Shown here piece by piece: positions 18,852 through 27,820 of a DNA stretch of 64,000 nucleotides. Under the pieces are notes generated by a model that saw only the letters and a list, made by a program, of their open reading frames with translations, searched no databases and was not told the origin of the DNA. Source of the stretch: Candidatus Dojkabacteria bacterium (GTDB lineage Bacteria > Patescibacteriota > Dojkabacteria > JAOAGR01); NCBI GenBank assembly GCA_026415655.1, contig JAOAGR010000002.1, positions 5 to 64,004 on the forward strand. Reading direction: 5' to 3'. The position numbers and the translations under genes are program-made. The number at the start of each line of letters is the position of its first letter. Position 1 is the stretch's first letter.

Positions 18852-19258
18852 TTATGAAAGATAATAAATACATAAAATCTACAAACGATATTGTATCTGA
18901 TACTCTAACAAGAATTCGAAATGCTATCAAATCGAAAAAAAATACGGTAATAGTGCCTTTGTCTAAATTAGTATTGGAGATATTAAAAGTAATGCATAAC
19001 TATAAATTTATTGGTGATTATCAGGTTATTGATAAAAATGCTATAGAAGTAAATTTGCTTGTTGATAGTCGGTACAAGATAAGTGAGTTGGTGAGGGTTT
19101 CAAAACCTGGCTTAAGAATTTATGTAAAATCGAAAGATATTAAACCAGTAAAATATGGTTATGGAATAGGAATATATTCTACATCGCAAGGCGTTGTATC
19201 ACATGTAAAAGCTAGAAAAATGGGTATTGGTGGAGAATATATATGTTATATTTGGTAA
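18845..19258 (+). CDS. rpsH: 30S ribosomal protein S8
   Basis: 137 aa; [10 protein letters not shown]-terminus typical of S8. Confidence 0.92.
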   Translation: MVIMKDNKYIKSTNDIVSDTLTRIRNAIKSKKNTVIVPLSKLVLEILKVMHNYKFIGDYQVIDKNAIEVNLLVDSRYKISELVRVSKPGLRIYVKSKDIKPVKYGYGIGIYSTSQGVVSHVKARKMGIGGEYICYIW

Positions 19259-19273
19259 TGAATTAAATAAGTA

Positions 19274-19807
19274 TTGTTTATGGCAAAAAATTTTGAAAAA
19301 ACAATTCAAATTCCTTCACAAGTAAAAGTATCTTTAGACACGGGAACTCTTATTTTTGTTGGACCAAAAGGAACTAATAAGCTGGATGTGTTGAGAGAAG
19401 AAGTTGTTGTTGAGTTGTTAGGAGATACTATTAAAATACTGCAGACAAATCAAAAAAGGGATTATCTGAATTTATACTATAGATTAATCTTAAATTGTAT
19501 ACAGGGAGTAACAGAAGGATTTACTAAATCACTCGAATTAGTTGGTGTTGGTTACAAAGCTTCTATGAATGGACAAAATTTGGTTTTAAACGTTGGATAC
19601 TCACATCCTGTAGTTATAAATAAAATTGAAGGTATTGATTTTGCGGTAACTGACAATACGATTCACGTAAGTGGTATTGATAAAGTAAAAGTAGGCGATG
19701 TCGCTGCAAAAATAAGATCTGTAAGGCCGCCAGAACCGTATAAAGGCAAGGGTATTAGATATAAAGGAGAACAAGTATACAGAAAAGAATATAAATCATT
19801 GAAATAA
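19274..19807 (+). CDS. rplF: 50S ribosomal protein L6
   Basis: 177 aa; two-domain L6, GVGYKASMNGQNLVLNVGYSHPV. Confidence 0.92.
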   Translation: MFMAKNFEKTIQIPSQVKVSLDTGTLIFVGPKGTNKLDVLREEVVVELLGDTIKILQTNQKRDYLNLYYRLILNCIQGVTEGFTKSLELVGVGYKASMNGQNLVLNVGYSHPVVINKIEGIDFAVTDNTIHVSGIDKVKVGDVAAKIRSVRPPEPYKGKGIRYKGEQVYRKEYKSLK

Positions 19808-20170
19808 TTGCTTATGTCAAATTTAAGATTAGAAAAAAGAGTAAAACGACATTTAAGAGTGAGGAAAAAACTTTTTGGAACTCCTGAACGCCCTCGAGTT
19901 AGTGTCTATAAAAGCAATAAAAATTTCCAAGTTCAATTAGTTATAGATAGTAAAGTAGGTGCATCAAGAACTCTATTTGGTTTGACAACAAGCATATTAC
20001 GTGATAAATCAACCAAGAAAGAAAAAATTGATGAATTAGCTAAAATATTTGTTGAAAAAGCAAAGAAAAAAAATATAGAGAAGATTGTATTTGACAGAGG
20101 GGGTTATGCCTATAAAGGAAATGTCAAATTTTTGGCAGAGAAATTAAGGGAATATGGATTAAATTTTTAA
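19808..20170 (+). CDS. rplR: 50S ribosomal protein L18
   Basis: 120 aa; RPRVSVYKSNKNFQVQLVID motif. Confidence 0.9.
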   Translation: MLMSNLRLEKRVKRHLRVRKKLFGTPERPRVSVYKSNKNFQVQLVIDSKVGASRTLFGLTTSILRDKSTKKEKIDELAKIFVEKAKKKNIEKIVFDRGGYAYKGNVKFLAEKLREYGLNF

Positions 20171-20177
20171 AAAGTAT

Positions 20178-20636
20178 ATGGAAACAAACAATAAACAACA
20201 AAACAACACTGAATTTGAATCATATGTTTTGTACACAAGCAGAGTAACTAAAGTTGTAAAGGGTGGTAAAAGACTAAAGTTTCAGGCTTTGGTTGTAGTT
20301 GGTAACAGAAAGAATAAAGTAGGCTTAGGATTTGCAAAAGGGGTAGATCCAAAATCCGCAATAGAAAAAGCTACTAGAAAAGCTAAAAAAAATTTGAAGC
20401 ATGTTGTAGTACGTGGTACAACAGTTCCATATGATGTTATGAGCAAATTCAAATCGGCACGTATTTTCGTAAAACCTGCAAAACCAGGTACAGGTCTTAT
20501 TGCTAGCAAGTCTATTAGACCAGTATTAGAGTTGGGCGGTATACAAGATGTTTATTCAAAAGTTTATGGAACCAAAAATAAGATAGCCAATGCTTATTGT
20601 ATTTTTAATATTATTACAAATTTTAAATCTAAATAA
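20178..20636 (+). CDS. rpsE: 30S ribosomal protein S5
   Basis: 152 aa; RVTKVVKGGKRLKFQALVVVGN dsRBD motif. Confidence 0.94.
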   Translation: METNNKQQNNTEFESYVLYTSRVTKVVKGGKRLKFQALVVVGNRKNKVGLGFAKGVDPKSAIEKATRKAKKNLKHVVVRGTTVPYDVMSKFKSARIFVKPAKPGTGLIASKSIRPVLELGGIQDVYSKVYGTKNKIANAYCIFNIITNFKSK

Positions 20637-20646
20637 CTAGCAAGTT

Positions 20647-21075
20647 ATGTTAAATAGTTTAATAAAAATAAAAAATAAGTCAAAGAAGAGAATTGGTAGA
20701 GGAGGAGGTTCAGGAAAAGGATTTCATACTGCAACACGAGGGCAAAAAGGACAAAAATCAAGAGCAGGCTATTTTAGGCGAAAAGACTTCCAGGGTGGAC
20801 AAAAGCCATTGAGTAAAAAACTCCCAAGAATAAGGAAATCGTTTACTGTAATCAACAAGCAAAAGCCTAAGGCTATAAAAATTGATTTTTTTTATAATAT
20901 TGGTGTCACAAAAATCGATCCTGAGGTAGTTTCAAAATATTTTTCAACTCAAAACTATATAATTACAGGTTCTTCTAGCTCAGAAATAGAATATTCTAAG
21001 TTTATACTATCGGGTGTGAAATTAACAAATAAACTAAAAGAAAGAATAGTAGCATCTGGAGGTAAAGTAGAATAA
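20647..21075 (+). CDS. rplO: 50S ribosomal protein L15 (no L30 gene between S5 and L15)
   Basis: 142 aa; [27 protein letters not shown] motif. Confidence 0.92.
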   Translation: MLNSLIKIKNKSKKRIGRGGGSGKGFHTATRGQKGQKSRAGYFRRKDFQGGQKPLSKKLPRIRKSFTVINKQKPKAIKIDFFYNIGVTKIDPEVVSKYFSTQNYIITGSSSSEIEYSKFILSGVKLTNKLKERIVASGGKVE

Positions 21076-21091
21076 GTGCTATATTACGTAT

Positions 21092-22729
21092 ATGAAATTT
21101 ATTGAGTTATTAAGATCTTTTTTATCAAATAAAGATATTTTAAAACGTTTATTTATTACTTTTGTAATTATCGTAATATACAGATTTTTATCTAAAATAC
21201 CAGTTCCAGGTATAGAAAGAGATGCTTTAGCTACTTTTTTTTCGAATCAGCAAGGTGAAATTATTGGACTTTTTAATATAGCAAATATTCTTTCAGGTGA
21301 TTCTTTATCGAATTTTTCTATTATTTCTTTTGGGGTGGTCGCATATGTAAGCGCATCTATCATAATGCAGCTACTTGGTGTAATTATCCCTAAAATAGAG
21401 GAAATTAGAAAGATGGGAGCTGTTGGTACTAAGATACTTGATCAGTGGACTCGTATTCTTACAGTACCATTGGTTTGTCTTCAAGGTGTAGGAATGTACT
21501 TGGCTCTTAATTCAAGTAATAATCCTTTGGGAAGACCAATATTAGATCCTATCGAGTTTAACACTTTACGCGTTATCAGTACGATAGCCGTTTTGGTAGC
21601 AGGTACTATGCTTTTGATGTGGTTGGCTGAAATTTTAACAGAGTCAGGGATTAGCGGTGCTAAGAGAGGAGGAGGATTTAGTGTTATTATTACTGCAGGC
21701 ATATTATCTTCTTTGCCAGCAGCAATAGTAAATGATTTCTCAAATATACAACTTAGCCGTTTTTTACAAAATATGTGGATTGCGTTTTTGATTGAATTTG
21801 TAATATTCTTAATCTTACTAGCTTTATTTGTTGGTTATGTTAAATTGGTAAAGTTCGTATTTGACTTGAAAACCAAGGCATATCGAGTTGCTGGAGGCAT
21901 GTTTTTGTCATTTGTTTTATTAGCAATACCGGTGATTATTACATTTATAGTCAGATCTCAAGATCCAACTTCCCTTTATATCAAAGATTTTATCCAATTA
22001 AATTTGGCGAGGTTGAATGATTTTGAAGTTAAGTTTGGATTTTTTATTGGTATATTGTTGCAGGTAATCGGTATAATAGTTTACTTTAATGAATCTGTTA
22101 GGAAAATACCTATTAGATTTGTATCACAGATTACATCAAGAGCAAATGATGTGGCAGAGAAAAGTTCTTTTATTCCTGTTAAGTTCTTCATTATAGGTAT
22201 TATTCCAACAATATTTTCAATGTCATTTTTGGCTATGCCAGAGTTTATTTACAGATTTTTTGGAAATGCCATAAATGACTGGAATCCAGCAGTGGGTGAA
22301 TTTGTAAGATATATGTCGCAAGGTTGGTTTAACCAATTTAACAGTGAGTATTATTACATAGTTTCTTTTATGTTAACAGTATTTTTCTCTCTATTTTATG
22401 TTAATGCGGTTATAAAGCCGGAAGACATTGCAGAAAACCTATCAAATATGAATGCTTTTATACCAGGCTTAAGGCCCGGGAAAGACTCTCTCGAATATAT
22501 ATCAAAAATTTTCAACTATATGGCATTTTGGGGAGGTATAATATTGGCATTTTCTACCGTTGCCCCATTCTTGTTAGGAGTATATTCTCAAACAACCATA
22601 TCTTCTGTTGAAAGACTTTTGGCTGGTGGCACAAGTCTTCTAATTTTGGTACCTACATTTCTGTCCATAAAAGATCAAGTCTTATCAATGATACTTACTA
22701 AAAACTACGATAAATATCGAGAGATATAA
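21092..22729 (+). CDS. secY: preprotein translocase subunit SecY (unusually long, ~545 aa)
   Basis: 10-TM SecY-like hydrophobicity pattern and operon position after rplO. Confidence 0.9.
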   Translation: MKFIELLRSFLSNKDILKRLFITFVIIVIYRFLSKIPVPGIERDALATFFSNQQGEIIGLFNIANILSGDSLSNFSIISFGVVAYVSASIIMQLLGVIIPKIEEIRKMGAVGTKILDQWTRILTVPLVCLQGVGMYLALNSSNNPLGRPILDPIEFNTLRVISTIAVLVAGTMLLMWLAEILTESGISGAKRGGGFSVIITAGILSSLPAAIVNDFSNIQLSRFLQNMWIAFLIEFVIFLILLALFVGYVKLVKFVFDLKTKAYRVAGGMFLSFVLLAIPVIITFIVRSQDPTSLYIKDFIQLNLARLNDFEVKFGFFIGILLQVIGIIVYFNESVRKIPIRFVSQITSRANDVAEKSSFIPVKFFIIGIIPTIFSMSFLAMPEFIYRFFGNAINDWNPAVGEFVRYMSQGWFNQFNSEYYYIVSFMLTVFFSLFYVNAVIKPEDIAENLSNMNAFIPGLRPGKDSLEYISKIFNYMAFWGGIILAFSTVAPFLLGVYSQTTISSVERLLAGGTSLLILVPTFLSIKDQVLSMILTKNYDKYREI

Positions 22730-23475
22730 TGCCAAAAACTGATTCAGAGATAAGTTATATACGAGAATCTTCTAAAATATTATCGTTGATTTTTACTGAA
22801 TTGGAAAGAATAGCTTCGGCTGGTATAAGTACTTTGGAGATAGACAAATATGCCAATTTCTTATGCAGAAAATATAAGGTAAAGCCTGCATTTAAAGGTT
22901 ATAAGGGATATAGGCATACTATATGTGCTAATGTTAACGATATTATTGTTCATGGAGTTCCAAATAATCGTAAGTTGAAAAATGGGGACATAATAGGGTT
23001 AGATATGGGAGTTATTTATCAAGGCTACTATTCTGATATGTCAAAAACTATTTATATCGGTGATGTAACTGAGGAGGTCAAGAGGTTTGTTGAAAAAACT
23101 TATCAATCCATGATGAATGGTATAACTATATTAAAGCCTGGAATCCGTGTGGGAGATATTAGTTACGCTATGCGTGACGGCCTCTACGATGATAAGTTCA
23201 TTCTTATGGAGGATTTTGTAGGGCACGGCATTGGTAAAAGTTTGCATGAAAGACCTAATATACCAGGTCATGGATTGAATAAAGGAATGGGTGATGAAAT
23301 AAAAGAAAACATGGTACTGGCTATAGAATCAATTTCTGTAATGGCCGATACAAACGAGTATTTTATAGAGAGTGATCAATGGACGGTTAGAACAAAAAGT
23401 GGGGCTTTATCTGCACTTTTCGAACATACAGTTTTGGTGACCAAAGATGGTTACGAAATTCTTACTTTATCTTGA
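22729..23475 (+). CDS. map: methionine aminopeptidase, type I
   Basis: 248 aa; pita-bread fold metal ligands (GLDMGV..., FVGHGIG, ESISV) in type I order; follows secY directly with no adk. Confidence 0.9.
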   Translation: MPKTDSEISYIRESSKILSLIFTELERIASAGISTLEIDKYANFLCRKYKVKPAFKGYKGYRHTICANVNDIIVHGVPNNRKLKNGDIIGLDMGVIYQGYYSDMSKTIYIGDVTEEVKRFVEKTYQSMMNGITILKPGIRVGDISYAMRDGLYDDKFILMEDFVGHGIGKSLHERPNIPGHGLNKGMGDEIKENMVLAIESISVMADTNEYFIESDQWTVRTKSGALSALFEHTVLVTKDGYEILTLS

Positions 23476-23537
23476 TATATATTGCATTTTAACCACTCTA
23501 TGATTATAATGCCCTAGATGTTTACAAAATTGAAGTT

Positions 23538-23765
23538 ATGAGTAATAATACAAAAGTTACTTTAGAAGGAAAAGTAATAGAATGCTTGAGGGGAACAGAG
23601 TTTTTAGTAAGAATAGATTTGGGAGATAATATGTATAAAGACATAGTAGGCTATATTTGTGGTAATTTGAGGAAAAAATATATAAAAGTAGATGTTGGAG
23701 ATAAAGTAATGATAGAAATAAGTAAATATGATTTAAATCGTGGTAGAATAACTAAAAAAATATGA
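23538..23765 (+). CDS. infA: translation initiation factor IF-1
   Basis: 75 aa S1-like OB fold; [21 protein letters not shown] ... [23 protein letters not shown]. Confidence 0.93.
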   Translation: MSNNTKVTLEGKVIECLRGTEFLVRIDLGDNMYKDIVGYICGNLRKKYIKVDVGDKVMIEISKYDLNRGRITKKI

Positions 23766-23923
23766 AAGTACAAACAAGTGTCAAAAAAAGGTGCTCAGAT
23801 TGTTATATAGTCAAAAGGGATGGAGTTTTACGAGTATATTGCAAAAAAAATCCTCGACATAAACAAAAACAGGGGAAGAAAAAAATGGGACAGCTTAAAA
23901 AAACTAGAAAATCTAAGAAATAA
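23762..23923 (+). CDS. rpmJ: 50S ribosomal protein L36 with Lys-rich C-terminal extension (53 aa; not in ORF track)
   Basis: Hand translation: [53 protein letters not shown]; zinc-ribbon C..C...C..H pattern of L36; ATGA overlap with infA stop, TAATG overlap with rpsM start. Confidence 0.85.
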   Translation: MKVQTSVKKRCSDCYIVKRDGVLRVYCKKNPRHKQKQGKKKMGQLKKTRKSKK

Positions 23924-24321
23924 TGGCTACGAACACTAAAATACTAGGAGTAAATTTAAATCCCAAAAAATATATACTTTATGCTTTGCAAGATATATAC
24001 GGGATTGGAATGTCACTTTCAAAGAAGATACTAAGTCTGGTTAATGTAAATCCATATGTAAAAGTGGCTGACATGTCTGATGAAGATTTAAACAGGGTGA
24101 GATTGGAAGTAGAATCAGGAAAATACTTATTAGAGGGTGATCTTAGACAAAAAGTTTTTAAAGATATTGCCAGGTTGAAAGCTATAAAGTGTTATAGAGG
24201 TATAAGGCATAAATTAGGTTTACCAGTACGTGGTCAAAATACAAGGCGTAATGCGCGTACAAGAAAAGGAAAAGTAAAAATGCCAGTTGGTGGTTTAAAG
24301 AAAGTATTACAGAAAAAATAG
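23923..24321 (+). CDS. rpsM: 30S ribosomal protein S13
   Basis: 132 aa; YGIGMSLSKKIL ... RGIRHKLGLPVRGQNTRRNARTRKG. Confidence 0.95.
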   Translation: MATNTKILGVNLNPKKYILYALQDIYGIGMSLSKKILSLVNVNPYVKVADMSDEDLNRVRLEVESGKYLLEGDLRQKVFKDIARLKAIKCYRGIRHKLGLPVRGQNTRRNARTRKGKVKMPVGGLKKVLQKK

Positions 24322-24339
24322 CGTATAATATCTTTATTT

Positions 24340-24732
24340 ATGGCTAAGAAGAAAGAAAAAAAATCCAAAACAAAAATACCAAGCGTAAAATCTGGTAGAA
24401 TATATATTTATAGTAATTATAATAATTGTTTGCTTACTTTTACTGATAATAATGGTAATGTAATTGCTTGGTCTTCGCCTGGTAGGGTTGGATTTAAAGG
24501 TGCTAGAAAGTCAACACCTTATGCGAGTCAAAAAGCAGCAGCAGAATTAAATTATATGCTAAAAAAGATTGGGGTCGAAGAAGTTGATGTCTATTTGAGA
24601 GGACCGGGTATTCCGAGTAAACAACTTGTTATTAGAGAATTGGCATCAGGAGGATACAGAATTAATGCATTTGTTGATAATAATCGATTTCCTCATGGAG
24701 GAGTAACACCAAGAAAAAAACCTAGAAAATAA
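24340..24732 (+). CDS. rpsK: 30S ribosomal protein S11
   Basis: 130 aa; NNGNVIAWSSPGRVGFKGARKSTPYASQ motif. Confidence 0.95.
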   Translation: MAKKKEKKSKTKIPSVKSGRIYIYSNYNNCLLTFTDNNGNVIAWSSPGRVGFKGARKSTPYASQKAAAELNYMLKKIGVEEVDVYLRGPGIPSKQLVIRELASGGYRINAFVDNNRFPHGGVTPRKKPRK

Positions 24733-24735
24733 ATT

Positions 24736-25353
24736 ATGTCGAGATATACAGGACCAAAAACAAAAATCTGTCGTAGAGAGAGAGCGGATGTTTATCCAAG
24801 GATTGGCGAATTAGTGCAAGTACCTAAAAGAATGAAAAAAAGGTCAGCACCGGGTGAACATCCAATTTACCCTAGGTTAAGCCAGTTTGGTTTGCAATTT
24901 AGAGAGAAACAAAAAGTGAAGAGAATGTATGGCATGACCGAGAAGCAATTTAAAAGATTTTTTGAAATTGCTATAAAAAAGGAAGGAAATACTGGATTAA
25001 TATTTCTTCAGTTGTTAGAGATGCGTTTAGATAACGTTGTTTTTAGAGCTGGTTTGGCAAAAACTAGAAATCAGGCCAGACAATTTGTGAATCATGGACA
25101 TGTCTTAGTTAATGGAAAGAAAGTGGATATACCATCTTATATTGTCAAGGTCGGTGATGAGATTGAATTGGAACCTAGCATCACAAGTTCGGATTGGTAT
25201 ACTGATTGGTATAACAGCATATCTAGCTATTTGCCGCCGTCATGGATTCAAAAAATAGATTCTCATAAAGTCAAAGTTTTGAGACTTCCTGAAAGACAGG
25301 ATATTGAATTAACAATAAATGAACAAAATATAGTCGAATATTATTCAAGATAA
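24736..25353 (+). CDS. rpsD: 30S ribosomal protein S4
   Basis: 205 aa; MSRYTGPKTKICRRE N-terminus and S4 RNA-binding domain. Confidence 0.95.
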   Translation: MSRYTGPKTKICRRERADVYPRIGELVQVPKRMKKRSAPGEHPIYPRLSQFGLQFREKQKVKRMYGMTEKQFKRFFEIAIKKEGNTGLIFLQLLEMRLDNVVFRAGLAKTRNQARQFVNHGHVLVNGKKVDIPSYIVKVGDEIELEPSITSSDWYTDWYNSISSYLPPSWIQKIDSHKVKVLRLPERQDIELTINEQNIVEYYSR

Positions 25354-25360
25354 AAACAAC

Positions 25361-26038
25361 ATGTCAAACTTAACAATACAAAAAAAAGAATTAGAAAAAA
25401 ATAGATATTCTTATATAATAGGGCCATTTCCAAAAACTTGGGGAAATACATTTGCGGCTCCTATTCGTCGTTCTCTTTTAAATAGTCTATCTGGATCTGC
25501 CATAACTAAGGTTCGTATTAAAGGTGTCGATCATGAATTTACTGGTTATGATGGGATGAAAGAGGATGTCCTGTATTTTGTTTTGAATTTACAACGTATA
25601 GTCATTAAAATGGATTCAAGCGACTCGGAAAAATTAAAACTAAAAGTAAAAGGACCAGGAGATATAAAAGCAGGTGATATTGATTGTCCATCGAATGTTG
25701 TGATAGTCAATCCAGAATTAGTTATTGCGACACTAACAGCTGATGTTGTATTGGAGGCGGAGATGACTGTTGAAAAAGGAGAGGGGTTTAGGATTGCAGA
25801 TGACGATATACGGAATGTAGAACCTGGTGTTATACCAGTTAGTGCAAATTTTAATCCCGTACTCAGAGTAGGAATTTCTGTAGAAGCGGATCGTGTAGGT
25901 CAGAGTACTGATTATGAAAAAGTTGTTTTAGAAGTCGAGACTAATGGATCCATTCATCCCGATGATGCTTTACGTGAAGCTTTGTCTAATCTTGATTCAA
26001 AACTTCAAGATATAATAAAGCAAGCAAATCAATTATAA
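25361..26038 (+). CDS. rpoA: DNA-directed RNA polymerase alpha subunit, N-terminal domain only (no alpha-CTD)
   Basis: 225 aa aligning to the dimerisation/assembly NTD of RpoA (…VTKVRIKGVDHEF… , …VETNGSIHPDDALREA…); ORF stops ~10 nt before rplQ, no room for the ~80-aa CTD. Confidence 0.85.
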   Translation: MSNLTIQKKELEKNRYSYIIGPFPKTWGNTFAAPIRRSLLNSLSGSAITKVRIKGVDHEFTGYDGMKEDVLYFVLNLQRIVIKMDSSDSEKLKLKVKGPGDIKAGDIDCPSNVVIVNPELVIATLTADVVLEAEMTVEKGEGFRIADDDIRNVEPGVIPVSANFNPVLRVGISVEADRVGQSTDYEKVVLEVETNGSIHPDDALREALSNLDSKLQDIIKQANQL

Positions 26039-26047
26039 GATCGCGTT

Positions 26048-26383
26048 ATGTATAAAAAAAAGAGTGTTGTAAAATTAGGCAGACCTACAAAGGAAAGAAA
26101 ATTGATGGTAAAGTCTCTTCTTAAAGATTTAATAACTCATGGTTATATTCGTACAACAAAGATGAGAGCTTGGGTTGTAGCTAAAGAATTTGATGCTATT
26201 ATGAATGACGTTGTGAATAATAATTTAAGGGCAGCCTATCTCAAATTGAATGATGAAAAAATGCTTGAAAAACTAAAGCAGATGAATATTAATGACAAAA
26301 AAACAGGATTTACAAGGATTATTAAAATTGGTAACCGTGTGGGAGATGGTGCTGAATTAGTTTTGTTAGAAATTATAAAGTAA
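26048..26383 (+). CDS. rplQ: 50S ribosomal protein L17
   Basis: 111 aa; LGRPTKERKLMVKSLLKDLITHGYIRTT motif. Confidence 0.92.
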   Translation: MYKKKSVVKLGRPTKERKLMVKSLLKDLITHGYIRTTKMRAWVVAKEFDAIMNDVVNNNLRAAYLKLNDEKMLEKLKQMNINDKKTGFTRIIKIGNRVGDGAELVLLEIIK

Positions 26384-26394
26384 TTAAATAAATT

Positions 26395-26829
26395 ATGAAA
26401 AAAACAACATCATTGAAAAAATCTGATGTAAAGAAAAGCTGGTTACTTATTGATGCCACCGATCAGATACTTGGCAGGCTTGCTTCTAGGATTTCTATTA
26501 TTTTGCAAGGTAAAAATAAGCCAAACTATGCACCAAATTTGGATTGTGGTGATTATGTGGTTGTGGTTAATGCAGAAAAAGTAAAAGTGACGGGTGATAA
26601 GCTAAAATCAAAAATATATCGAAAACATTCAGGATATATTGGGGGTTTAAAAGAAAAGACGTTAGAACAATTGATGGCAAAAAATCCTGCGGTAGTTTTA
26701 CGCAATGCTGTATACAGGATGTTGCCAAAGAATAGAATGCGAGATGTATATATTTCTAAATTGAAAATTTATGCTGGATCAGAACATCCGCATGTTGCAC
26801 AAAAACCAGAAATGATAGAGATAAAATAA
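26395..26829 (+). CDS. rplM: 50S ribosomal protein L13
   Basis: 144 aa; WLLIDATDQILGRLAS ... PNYAPNLDCGDYVVVVNAEK. Confidence 0.94.
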   Translation: MKKTTSLKKSDVKKSWLLIDATDQILGRLASRISIILQGKNKPNYAPNLDCGDYVVVVNAEKVKVTGDKLKSKIYRKHSGYIGGLKEKTLEQLMAKNPAVVLRNAVYRMLPKNRMRDVYISKLKIYAGSEHPHVAQKPEMIEIK

Positions 26830-26838
26830 AACATCGTT

Positions 26839-27255
26839 ATGAAAGCAACCGAAAATACTAATGAAAAAAAACACATTCAGTACACTGTAGGTAGGAGAAA
26901 AAGGGCTTCAGCGCGTGTAAGAATGTACGAAGGAGAAGGTAAAGTCACTGTAAACGGAAAAAGTTTGGAGAAATTGGGGGTATCAAAGATAAAAATAAGA
27001 GAGATTTTTGATATTTTGATGAACACCGAATTATTCAAAAATTATGATTTTTCTGTAAAAGTAGTAGGAGGTGGAGTATATGCTCAGTTAGAAGCAGCAA
27101 GGCATGGTATTGCAAGATGTATAGCTAAGCTTAGTGATGATGCTAAACAAACAATGAGAAAATTAGGTCTTTTGACAAGAGATCCCAGAGAAAAAGAAAG
27201 AAAAAAAGTTTATCTTGTACGTGCTCGCAAAGCGCCACAATATTCGAAACGTTAG
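26839..27255 (+). CDS. rpsI: 30S ribosomal protein S9
   Basis: 138 aa; C-terminal RKKVYLVRARKAPQYSKR. Confidence 0.94.
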   Translation: MKATENTNEKKHIQYTVGRRKRASARVRMYEGEGKVTVNGKSLEKLGVSKIKIREIFDILMNTELFKNYDFSVKVVGGGVYAQLEAARHGIARCIAKLSDDAKQTMRKLGLLTRDPREKERKKVYLVRARKAPQYSKR

Positions 27256-27283
27256 TATATTTGTGATAGAATTATTTACCAAT

Positions 27284-27359
27284 GTCGAGGTAGCTCAGTT
27301 GGTAGAGCGAGGGACTGAAAATCCCTGCGTCGCGGGTTCAAGTCCCGCCCTTGACACCA
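27284..27359 (+). tRNA. tRNA-Phe (anticodon GAA), encoded CCA
   Basis: gtcgagg acceptor / D-arm gctcagttggtagagc / anticodon stem aggga-ctGAAaa-tccct / T-arm gcggg-ttcaagt-cccgc / ccttgac-a-cca. Confidence 0.88.
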
Positions 27360-27372
27360 ATTTTATTTGTTT

Positions 27373-27449
27373 GAGTGCTTAGCTCAGCTGGCTAGAGCAT
27401 CTCGTTTACACCGAGAAGGTCGGGGGTTCAAGTCCCTCAGCACTCACCA
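27373..27449 (+). tRNA. tRNA-Val (anticodon TAC), encoded CCA
   Basis: gagtgct acceptor / D-arm agctcagctggctagagc / anticodon stem tctcg-ttTACac-cgaga / T-arm ggggg-ttcaagt-ccctc / agcactc-a-cca. Confidence 0.85.
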
Positions 27450-27820
27450 TTAGTATTAGAAATCTACATAAAATTGATTTGTTTCAGCTTATTAAGCCTA
27501 TACGCTTTATATATAGTTACTATATTCAGAAAAGAATATCTTTTATTATTTAGTTGATCAAGAATTTTTGCATAATCTCATTGCCACAAGTCATGAAATT
27601 CTTAATTGCCATTCGTAAAGAAAATTGATAATTTCTATTTAAACAATCTGTATTGTAAATGTAATTGATATGATGTCCTTCATCTACTGATTAATTGTAA
27701 AGTTGTACGTGTGAATTAAACGTCATTAACAAATTAGTAAGTGAATTTGAATTATACTGTTTCAAATTTCATTAATTTTATTCTTTTCACTATTTAGTCT
27801 AAAATCTAATTCAGTGCTGC

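Noticed and set aside
23763-23765. Possibility of an alternative genetic code (UGA=Gly, code 25, as in Gracilibacteria/SR1)
   Set aside because: TGA behaves as a genuine stop (infA ends at TGA exactly where rpmJ starts, proteins have canonical lengths) and TAA/TAG dominate other stops; standard code 11 fits.
27450-27820. 370-bp spacer between tRNA-Val and ftsK examined for structured RNA (tmRNA, RNase P, SRP RNA)
   Set aside because: No GC-rich stems or conserved motifs recognisable by eye; treated as promoter spacer.
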